A stretch of DNA of 64,000 nucleotides, taken from assembly GCF_000150275.1 (NCBI RefSeq), contig NW_002060954.1, positions 558,001-622,000 on the forward strand, given 5' to 3'. The position numbers and the translations under genes are program-made. Below the pieces are notes generated by a model. That model was given only the letters and a program-made list of their open reading frames with translations. It was not told where the DNA came from and made no database searches. Shown piece by piece: positions 38,513 to 49,700 of the stretch. Within the stretch, counting starts at the first letter, position 1. Each line of letters begins with the position of its first letter. This stretch comes from Trichoplax adhaerens. Taxonomy: Eukaryota; Animalia; Placozoa.

Positions 38513-41500
38513 TCATTCATGGCCAGAGCGAGTCTTTTTTGAATGTTTCTTATTCTTAGCTGATCTAACGCTTTCTTCAAATGGCAGGCGATCCCTACTT
38601 ACGTAATCGCGTGATAAAATTTGTGATGTCCTCCATTGAGAATTTAATGCTAATTCCTCATCATTCCTGTCATAATGACCATCATATCCATCTTTTGGAT
38701 CTCCAGCACTTTTAGTTTCTGTGGTATTATGGCTGCTTTGTTGCGCACTTCCGTTAAATAGTGATCGAGATTTCTCGCTCTTTTTATCATAAAGTGGATT
38801 ATGAAGACCATTAACTGTGGATTTTCTAGGTCTAACTACACCGCTGGATCTATAACCACTTGAGGTAATGTTACTATCGTGCTTACTAATAGATGTAACT
38901 GAGGTATTTCTGGAAATAATTGAGTTATTGTGAGAAGGGAGTGGGTTCGAACGATTTGATTTCTTAAGCTTCTCTGAGCGTGTAGTTGTGGGTACTTCTA
39001 CAGAGATTTCGCGGTCTTGATATAAGTGACTACTATTATCAAAAGCAGAAGCAATATCTGGACCCGATAATTTAGCAGAAGGTTGAGAAATTGTACGTAA
39101 TTTATCTTTCTTCTGGAAAGGTAAATGAGAAATTTTATCTTCATCCGATGTGTAGTGTACAGCATGAGATGGCATTACTGATCCGCTCTTCTTATCATTT
39201 GGTAACCCTGTAGATTTCTGTTTTCGAGTAAAAATTCGCTTATTGATATCCTTTATAATGGTCGACGATATTTTAAGATCACTATTAGTTGTAATCCTAT
39301 CTTTAGGTTCCTTGTATTCTCTATAATTATCATTTTCATTTGTATAATTCCTCCGTTGAAACGTAGGGGAAATATGATCCAAGGACAATAAATGCGATAA
39401 CTCCACACCAGTGTTAGGCATATCATTACTAGTTGTTTCTGATACAGAATTAGTCAATCCTATGCCTTCGTTCATGGAATGGTGTTTCCTATAACATAAC
39501 TTTAGTGATATATGTTAATAACTTGAGCAACTGGCAATTAAAGCCGAAACTAATTGCATCATTACCTCTTCATGTTCCTTAAAATGTGTTCCAGGATACA
39601 ATTTTCTACAAAATTCGCAAGGAATAAATACATCATCTTCTATAGCAAAATAAAAAGGAATATAGCATAAGTAGAAAGACCGTTAATAAAGCGACTCAAC
39701 ATCGCTAAGAGACACGAATTATTAGTTAATAGGAAAATAATCCAGATTTCATAGCTGTAAAATATTTCATTAAAAAGGAGTAATATCGTACATTAGGATG
39801 ATATCAATATTTATTTGTATCATAATGGTAATTAGCAGTGCCTGGCTCACATTGTTACTGAAACCTCTAATCACTAACGGAAATAATTAGTCTTTAAAAG
39901 TAGTCGATCGACAGATATTACCACTAAATTATGTTCGAAAAATAGATACAGCGCACTTTACCCTGATCTCTAGGAGAGGTGCAAAATTCTCGACACTGGG
40001 AATGATGCGATGTGATATTGGAGCTTACATTGTCGTTGTTTTCAAGATCATTACACGTATTCGAAATTGATGTACGGCTCAAACGTTGCTCATTATAACT
40101 AGAGATATCCGCCAATTGTGCAGACTCATCCTCCAAAAGTTTACTATTATTTGATTGACCAAAAGTTGTTCGGAAGATATTATCGATAAATTTCTCATTT
40201 TCCTGTTGGTCCCATTTTATACCTTCTCTAACATCCGTCTCAAGTTCTGTTGTATTACGCGATGATGTTAGAGGCATATTAAACTTAGTCGTATTGTTTG
40301 TTGGGATATCTGCTGCTTGCATCGAAGATTCCTTAGATGAATGATCACGCTTTTTGCATACCTGTTTATCCTTACTGCTTGGAATGTTGTCTAATCCTGA
40401 CTCGGGGACCTCCGTATTTAATTGCTCATGTAATTGCATAGCGAATTTCCAATCAAGTTGTTCTTGTGCGTTAAGTGAGCTAATTTGAGGTTGAGAAGTG
40501 CCTAATGTTGAGGAAACGGTAGGATCTGCCAATTTTATAGGGTGCAAAGGTTTTGTTTTACTTCCTAATTGGTCAGCTGGAATAGGAACACGTCGAGTAG
40601 TGTCTCCAGAACTTGGATCTATTGCATCTTCGAAGTTATCATCATTAAGTTGCATGTGTAATGCCATCGCGTATTCATGATCTAATTTATCCTGATCTTT
40701 CTCTTTAACGCCAACATCCCCTTTGTCACGATCATGTACTTGCCGTTTATTAAAATTCTTGTTTTGAAAGTGACGTTTATTAGACGATTTGTTACGATCC
40801 AATTGATATAAAGTCCCTTCTTGGTTAAGAAGTGATTTTGGCCTTTCATAGTTTGTAGTTTTACGTACATCTATTTTAGTTCGATCATTACCGTATTGAT
40901 TGCTAGCATCAGTACGTGTAACAGCAGTCGCAGTAGACTTTTGCTTACTATCCGATTGGTTTGAGAAGCGTAAATCTTCATGACTACTGACAGCTCCATT
41001 AGTACCTATTCCGTTTTTGCCATATCGCAACTTAGGTGATCCCGGTGTTGACAAATACTGTCCTAAGTTTCTGTTTACTCGTACCACGCCTTGTTCATCA
41101 AATCGGTCATTTAGTGAGGCTTTATCATTGAGCTTTCCCTTTCTTCCACTATTATTTGCATTGCGTGTACCATCATCAGAGGCCTGAAGAGATTGCGAAT
41201 TAAGTGCGGGGATATTTTGATATAATGCCTCTGATGACGAAATTATATCGTCAATATAGTTGTTGGCTTCGGACTTCGTAGCATATCGTCTCAGCAAACT
41301 ATCAAGAGGGGTATTCCCAAACTGAATGTTTGCATGACTCGAACTGGTATCATTTTGCTTATTGGAGAGTTTAAGCTTTTGCTCCTTACGACTATCTTTA
41401 GATCTCAATTTTTGAATATCGTTTATATGTGCTGCACTACTACTATGTACGCCATCAACGGACTGATATGTTTCCTCGTTACCGAGTAAATTAGTACGAA

Positions 41501-43734
41501 AACTAGGATTTGCATCTTTATTGGCTAAGAAAGGTTTGCATGATCTTAAATTCTCAGCTTTACCCTCTCTATCCACGCAGTGTCCATTCGAAATGGTTTG
41601 ATCTTGTGATTTGTCTCGAGAAGCTTCCGCACTTAAATTCATCGAATTTGCTATTTCTCTTTTACCACAAATCATTCGATGACTTGCAGTATCTTTTAAC
41701 ATGATCAACTTTTCGCAGTAAGGACATTTGTCTGTACGAGCTCCACAAAATATAACATGGTTATCGAATTGATTAGCCTTTACTTCTATTTCACAGTAGT
41801 CACAAATCCTTAGTCTTTCAGGGCACAATTGTTTCTATTACAACCCAAAATTGAGTAGTATTATCAAAACAATACCATGTATTTAAAGTAATACGAATGA
41901 TGTACTGTACGGTATCCTACGATCGCAGTTTCTTATAGAAATTGTTGTAGCATAGTACTCGAACTTGCTACTTTCTGACTTCTGATTAACTATTATAGTA
42001 CAGATACTTGTATTTTCATTCCTCTGCTAATCGAAGCTATAGTCATTAGACTGTAAGTGACGTCGAGATTCTACTGTAATCGTAATTAAGAGATATGCAT
42101 TACTACTGCATCGACTACCAACATATACCAGTATACCACTCCTAACATTATAATTATTAATAAAATTGTCAATAATTTATTCATTTTTGATTATGATAAT
42201 TAATGGTTACAATTAGAGTACCACTCTAAAAATTAGATGTATAGTATACTGTAGCTGTATATGATTCTATGCAATATGTTGCTCTAACCTGGTGATCTTC
42301 CATTTCATATTTTTCCATAATTTGATCACATTTACTGCATTTTACCTAGATTTAAATTGGGATATTGAATGGATTATTACTTTCATTAAAAGTACCTGAT
42401 AATAATGAAATGAATTACTCTGCTCTTATGATTATGAATCAATTCATACGGACTTACAGATTTACACATACAAACTTGGGAATTATATTATGGTTAGATT
42501 GATAACAGTAACGAGTGACAATCGTAACTGCGTATAGTGTATCGTAATTTTACGAGCAGTTCACTATTTCAACCCTTTGTCTATCTCTTATAAATTATTT
42601 TAAGATAAACATGCTGTACTTAGTTAGTAATAACGGTTAAGCTAATTTCTTACTTTGATGTGATATTCTTCAAAGTGACTTTCTTCTTGAGTTTTTGCAA
42701 TGGGTTCGTGACATAATTTACAGTTAATGATATTACGGACACAATGTAGGTGATGCATTTGAAAATTTCTCGCAGGGATATCCCGAGCGCTGCAATCATA
42801 AGAATTTTGCAATCAACGAATGCAGGTTAGTAGACATCGTACAAAAAATGATTTAGATTTTCCAATCAGAAATTTACGCATGCAAAACTATCCTAAGATG
42901 AACTTCACCGGTTCTTAAGACTAACATAATATGAGGAAATGGATGAAATAGAAATGAAAATATTGATGATGAAGTACTGTTGACGCATAAATTGTTAATT
43001 TTCGGAAGCGATCTTGCAAAAGACAAATACGCATTACTACAGAATTCATTATAATAAGATGAAGAATTATCGTAAGGCGGTAAGCAATAAACATTACTAC
43101 TATACATAAGTTTAATCAAATTGCAAAAGCTGTTTTTGGTTAAGCAATTACTATGACTATTGAAATATTAATATTAAAGTGCCTAGTCATAGCTAACCAC
43201 GCGCATTCTTTTAATTCCTATAAAATGCGTTATCGTTTGGCAGTAGTGGTTTCATCAATTCTGAATCAAGGTACTGTACCGTGCTAGATCCAATGCGAAC
43301 AGCGCGAGGTACAGTACCCTATCAGTATCACAACGAAAATCAACGGTATGGTCTTTGTAGACAACGTTATCTGATGGAGTCGAAATTTAATGTCATATTT
43401 GACTAATCAAATTGCAGTAGAAAAGAGATGAAGTTATCATTTAGGATTCAAACTTGAAGGAAATTGAATACCTTACAAATAATATGATGTAAATGATTCT
43501 AATTAACTTATCCAGCGAAATCGAAAATAAACAACACTAGCATTAGGAAACGAAGTTTTTTAGAAGAAATTTTTCATGATATAACTCATAGATTGAATAC
43601 GTTTAGCAATCCATAATAATTTAATAATCATAGCGATCAGTTAATAAAATATCGTACGGTAACTCCAACATCATAATCATTCAGCTGTATCCTTACCAAT
43701 TAACGCAGTGCTCAGTCTCTTCCTTTACTTCCAT
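38513..43734 (-). CDS. TRAFD1: TRAF-type zinc finger protein of the TRAFD1 (FLN29)/XAF1 family with long low-complexity regions, 6 exons
   Basis: MEVKEETEHCVNCARDIPARNFQMHHLHCVRNIINCKLCHEPI..HFEEYHIKVKCSKC..CPERLRICDYCE..HVIFCGARTDKCPYC..HRMIC is the TRAFD1/XAF1 N-terminal zinc-finger array. A late finger FIPCEFCRKLYPGTHFKEHEELC is also typical. Whether it is closer to TRAFD1 or XAF1 cannot be resolved by eye. Confidence 0.82.
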
Positions 43735-43981
43735 TTTGTCACTGTGGTTTGAAAGGTTGGGCTGCATCGAATCCACAGATCAAGGAACCCGAAAATTCGA
43801 TTTAACTGTAATTGATTATATTCTTAACGGACACATGATTTAGTTGCAGTTACTATACCCTAATGCAGCCTCAAAGATTTCATCTCACCTGATATTCTTA
43901 CTTAAAATTTCGCAACTGATTTTCATTTAGGTTCGACTAAAATCTACAGACTGGAAATTTTTATTGTTATTTCGCAATAGT

Positions 43982-44133
43982 TAGTACTGAACTATGAATG
44001 ATTGTTAGTAATTATTAATAAGTCGTACAGTAGTACTGTACTATGAATGATTGTTAGTAATAATTATTAATAAGTCGTACAGTACTATGAATGATTGTTA
44101 GGAATTATTTATTAATAAGTCGTACAGTAGTAC
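43982..44133. repeat. Minisatellite, 3 copies of ~45-52 bp (actatgaatgattgttagtaattattaataagtcgtacagta)
   Basis: Three near-identical tandem units ~250 bp upstream of the TRAFD1-like ATG. Confidence 0.9.
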
Positions 44134-44274
44134 CAAAATTACAAATTTCTTAGTTGATACAATATACAGTATGCTAAAACTTCGCAGCTCTGCATCAACC
44201 GTGTAATAAATGATAACGCTTAAACTTTACAAAGTAGTAAACTACACGCTAATTAATTATAGTCAGCCTGGTCA

Positions 44275-44600
44275 TACAGTACAGTAACGAATTAGTACTT
44301 GAGCCTGACAGATTCACGTTACATTTACGCCGTGGGTAAAATAAATTATATCTCGTATCCAATACCTCAAGTAATAATTTTTCACTTGTAGCCGTAAGTA
44401 ATAAATTTCGACGTCCTGTGCATAACTCGAAGGACTAAAATATTTCATCGATAGAAAGCCAAAAAGTGCTGACGTTGTCATAAAGAGTGACAACACATGC
44501 AAACGGTGGACCAACAAGCGTACTGTACTGTACTGTACGGTACATTCACAGTTCTGTAACTGTACTGTACGTACAGTACAGTACTGTACAGTAGTGTACA
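44275..44600. repeat. (TACAG/CTGTA)n array upstream of the TRAFD1-like gene
   Basis: tactgtactgtactgtac...gtacagtacagtactgtacagt, densest at 44520-44600. Confidence 0.75.
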
Positions 44601-45238
44601 GTTCTATAAATAAAATAAAATCGACAGTATGGTGCAGACGTGCGTCAAAGATTCTGTATCACAGTCACTTGTTATATAACAGTGAGTATATTCACAACTA
44701 TGCTATTAAATTGCTTCTCCGATGGTATTCAAAAGTCAAGCACTTTATAAGGGTGGGGATGACAGTAGCGTAATCATATAGTATAGTAATCCGTCAGCAA
44801 CGCGACGGATGATTGTACTAGTAATAATTAATTGACACCGCGAACGAGTAGTTCATTGATCGCTCCTTATACTTCGCGTACTTAAACTTTACTGTACATA
44901 GTACAATTTATCACTGACTCACAACTATCCCTGTCGTTTCTATACTTTGGATTTGACAGTATTCAAAAAATTAATTACTGTAATAGCTCAGTGGAGAAAA
45001 AAAGAAGCTGTCATTGGCACGATATGGTGTGCGGGTCTGGCTAGTAAAGTGGGCGGGAACAATATACAGTACTGTATATTCGGAGGATCTGGTAGCGCTT
45101 ACTGTTTTCTCTTCAGTACTCACTCAATCTGATCTCAAGTTCGAATGAAGTCATTTGAAAACGGTTTTCATTATTAATAAAATGTTAAATAACGCTACTT
45201 GAATTAATTAATAAGGGTCATTTAAATCAATATTTAAC

Positions 45239-45548
45239 AAACACTTCCATACATAGGACATAAAGACACACTGGGCTTATGATATTCTTCTAATATTTCT
45301 GAATTCTAACTGCTAGGTTGATTTTGTGTAGTATGGTATATAGTTGCGTTATGATGAGGCCCAAAGCAAGTGTCATCTAACTCAAAAATTAATAAACACT
45401 TCCATACACACGCATAGGACATAGCATAAGACATGCAGGTCTTATAATGTTCCTTTAATATTCTGAATTCTAACTGCTAGGCTGATTTTATGTAGTGTGG
45501 TATATGGTTTCATTGTGATGATGCCCAGACCAGTAGTTACATCCTAAC
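45239..45548. repeat. Diverged tandem duplication, 2 copies of ~145-155 bp
   Basis: Both copies contain acacttccataca..ataggacata..ctgaattctaactgctagg.tgatttt.tgtagt.tggtatat..tgatga.gccca (45239-45381 and 45394-45548). Confidence 0.85.
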
Positions 45549-45549
45549 A

Positions 45550-45637
45550 AGAAACGTTTGCTCATTCACCTGATCCTCACTCAAACAAGAAAAAACTAGG
45601 AAAATTGTAGGAGTCAGATGAATGAGCAAACGTTTCT
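45550..45637. other. Long stem-loop (~28-bp stem, ~31-nt loop)
   Basis: agaaacgtttgctcattcacctgatcct pairs with aggagtcagatgaatgagcaaacgtttct; the outer 19 bp are perfect. Confidence 0.8.
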
Positions 45638-46795
45638 CATTGTCATGTAACCATATTCTCCGTAGCAGATATTTACTGGTAGTAACACAAATTTATTAAA
45701 ACGTGAGATATTATTATATCAAGTTATCTATTGCAAATTGCTTATCTTGATCCTCAAAGGAAATCCAAAATGCTACAAATATACTCTGCTTTCATCTAGT
45801 TTTCAACAAATTTTAAACATTAAAATATACGTATGTCCGTAAGAATCTTGCACATTCTTAATAATTAATTTTATAGTACAACCTGCGCTGGTATTACTGT
45901 TCTAGTAAGTACTGTACGCTGCCTTATATGGCATCCAATATCTATTACGGATGCAGAGTTATTACTTATAGTCGTATTATGGAGATACAAATAACTATAA
46001 GAATCTGGTGTGTATCAAATTAATCAGGACGTGAATTAAAACAATATTGATTTTACTGCATCAAATAGGCTGTAATACCGTAATAATTAATACTTATTAT
46101 TACTGCAGATGATATAATTATTCGTAAAAAGAAACATCACAGCACTTAAGAACCACTAGGGAACTGACCAAGGATCCATAATACAAACACATACGGCAAG
46201 CACACAATGCAGAAAGTTTTTATCAAGTCCAATCTTATAACGAATTGTAGCTGCTATTGGGTAACCCGATCATAAAAAAACTAGTAATACGGCAGCGTTA
46301 CCATCTAGTAGTCATATATACGAGTAAATTTATATAGTACAGTAAGAAAATTAGATATGAATTTCACGATAGACATACGAGAGCTAAAATCCAAAATACA
46401 GAAGAATTGGTATATCAGATTTGTAACATGTATTGATAACTACCAGCACTTTCCGGATGATAATATTCCGTATATGAAATAATATACCATTCTATAATAT
46501 CAGATTTGAAAGCTTCCGTATAAATCTTAACGTTAAGAGTCATACTAATCAAGCTGTTTTGCTCATAAAGGCGAAAATGATTATAACCGTCCGACTTACA
46601 TGTATCATACAGCACAACATTCTTTGAATAAAATTGCATTGTTCGCATCAACTTAAGTAACGCTATTAAAACTTTAATTATCGTGACGGTGTAAAATAAC
46701 TAAAACGGTACTAAAAATCTTTACCATAATGATAATACATAAAGGTGTAGAAAATGTGACCAACTGAAATTTCATAGTACCAGATCTCAAACTTA

Positions 46796-49700
46796 CTATT
46801 GAAGTGCTTCTTGAAGAAGATAGGCCTATAACACAATGGCAAATAAATCACTAATTGAAATAGCTTCACTAACATGTTTATAAAGCAAAAAGAAAGGAAA
46901 GTACCTGGTATTCGTTTCCTGTCACATTTACTTCCATAAATCCAATAGTGGGACAGCAAGTACTGGAATAATTTTGTTTGCATATAATACAGTAGATTGG
47001 TACGTAAACTTTATTATCGACTTCTGAATAATAACTATTTAGCCAATACATTCCTATAGTATAATATTTATTGCATAGAGATTTAAAATAGTTAATAATT
47101 ATATTATGAAAGTCTATAAATTTACGGAGAAATGAGATTATATCAACATTTATTCCATGAGCGATTCTATACGACCTGGCTCTGTATTCTGTGATAGTAG
47201 CTTGCCATTAGCAGCAATACATTCTTTTCCACATTTGTATACATTTGTGGATAAAATCCTAAGATCTTTATCAATCTTACGACCAATTGAGCAAAGAAAC
47301 TCAAGGTGCATTTTTCTAACTACTTCGATAAAAACTAATTCACACGAGCATTCCTGTATGTCTTCTACCATGAAATAGTATTTATTAAATGAACAGGTAA
47401 CATTCAGAGTATCAGTATTTAGTCGAATGCCTAAAATTAGAGCAGAAAAGCTCAAAGCAGCTATAGAAGTGTAAAGTAACAATACATCATGTCTTACCTC
47501 CACTATCACTTTCTTTAAGTAATAAAGATCCACAAGTAATGCAACATTTATTAATTTTATGCTTCTCATTCATTAACGTCTGAGATGTCCTAGATACTGC
47601 AGAAGAAAATTACTTACAGGTCGATCATAAATTAACAATTACCTTCCGATTGTACTAGCTATTAAATGATGTATGATGTGCTCAGTTAGGCTATTGAGAT
47701 TAATACCCGGTCCAGCAGTCTCAAGAATTAATTCGTTTTCGGAATCAGAAAATTGCTCAATGTTAACATTTTCAGATTCCGGTGTCATAGTACCAGTGCT
47801 AGAACTATTACATGAAAACAGCGATGAAGATCCTGAAGCTTGACTAGATATGTCATTGGCAGGTGCCAAACACAATTCTTTATTATTAATACTGATATTT
47901 GCGCCAACGTGGAAACTACTATCGATTACATTTATGACATTGTCATCGTCGTTTATAATCTTATCAGTCGTTATCATGGTCTGAGAGTGATACTTTTCGG
48001 AATTGGGGCTTGAAAGCAAGTGAATATCATCATCTTGTCTAGATTTGCATGTGTTACTACATATAGTTTCTAGCGAATAATGAAGTAGAATAACCTTAAA
48101 TCCTCAATCCGCGAACGTACGCGAGAAATAAACGCACGTGTTAGTTCAAAATTAAGTTCATACCGGCGACCAGCTTCCTAGCAGAGACAAATCCTGTGCA
48201 TAAATTTAAATTTGGCTTGCTTACGGGAGAGCTTAAGTCTACCATTAAGGGGCTTTTGGTGCACTCAGGAGAAGTTAGTATTGACATTTTCTTTTCAGGT
48301 GTAAGGTATTTCGAGACTGATTCTTGAGTACTGATAAAGTAAGCGTAACGCCAATAAGTTATATTTATGGCTTTACTAATATATATATAGACGAATAAAA
48401 CCTTAACTACAACAAACTTAGATGATAAAGGAGTTTCGCAACTTTCAATCCTCCCAGAAACAAATGACGATAAAGTTGCTAAAGTATCCGAAGCAAGACT
48501 GAAATGTTGGACTCTCTGCCGCACCCACTTGGCTAATCCTAAAATGAAATGCAAAATTTATATCAAGAGTTACTTGAAGAAATGTATATTGCCATTAAGT
48601 GTTCGAGACAGATACTACTGTATACCAGCGGTATATTTTGTTGATTTTCCAAAGCGGTCATCCAACAATAACAATGCTCCCCAATCGTTCCTATCCACAA
48701 AAAGTTATGTAGAAAGATGAGAACTGGGTAACTAGCAAAAGGCTTGATAATAATCTTACCGATTTCTTATACAACGACCTAACGCCTAAAAAAGACGTAA
48801 TAATGAGTTCAACAAGATAAAAACTAGCTCGAGCATGAGGACTTCAAGCTTACCTGATTAAGAGCTCGATATGCTTGAATTTCATACCATTCCTTACCAG
48901 TTAATAAATTTCTTTGCGCACTGAACTTGTCATTATATTTTTTTTTTAATTCAATTTTTAAGTCTTTGATATTGGGATATGGAATCCCGACTGTTATTAC
49001 TGCTCTAGCGTTATCATCAGCAAAATCTAATCCTTCGCTAACTTTTCCTCTACAGACAGCTAAAAACAGTCCTCCGGATGGACCAGACATCATATTTAAA
49101 GCAGCTGCGGATTAAAAACTAATAAGTCACAGAGGAAGAAGATTCACTGAATATGCGTATCATGGTTTGAAAAATGTAAACTCACCATTTGAATTACTAA
49201 CTGAATCGTAAAATTTTTGTAAGAGATCGTCAAAATCTAATGTGATTAAACATTCTCGGATTACTTTGTCGTACTAAGTAAGTAAAATTTGCACGCTCTT
49301 TAAATTTACAAGACATAAATAATACCTGATTTGTTACCGCCTCTAGGCTCAGCAATTACTATTTTTACGGCATTTAATGAATTCCAAGTATCCGTATTCT
49401 GAAATTTACGCTAAAGTTACTAAATAGACATTATTAAAGAAAATATTGTAGACTAACCTGCCATCTCTTAACCACTTTGTCCAACAAGTTGTATGAGGGA
49501 AAAAAGCATAGTATCCCACCTGGAATAATCTGTTAGGAGGGACGTAACTATTAGGCTGTAATCTAACAGTTTCAAAATCGAAATTCTCAATACCCTGCAC
49601 GCTTCCAAAATGATATTGCCGAGTTCATCTTGAAATGCAAATGTCTAACAGATAAGTTCAAATAACAATGAATGCTACCTGATAGTGCATCTTATTTCAA

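Noticed and set aside
43270-43317. 11-bp perfect inverted repeat in TRAFD1 intron 1
   Set aside because: The arms are made of the ubiquitous gtactgtac/gtacagtac pentamer motif, so such pairing is expected by chance here.
43687-43696. GTATCCTTAC resembling a U12 (minor) 5' splice site
   Set aside because: It is on the + strand, antisense to the gene. It is simply the reverse complement of the normal TRAFD1 intron-1 donor gtaaggatac.
43982-44133. CRISPR-like repeat array
   Set aside because: The units are directly tandem with no unique spacers, the context is eukaryotic, and there are no cas genes.
47150-47280. BRIP1 ending at the ORF-track stop (…GRIESLME*)
   Set aside because: A good donor at 47280 and three further phase-consistent exons complete a second CxxC motif, so this reading is probably intron read-through.
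48754-48786. FANCJ motif VI reading GRCIRNR instead of the usual GRCIRHR
   Set aside because: The key Gln, Gly and Arg residues are intact and this position varies among XPD-family helicases, so it is not evidence of inactivation.
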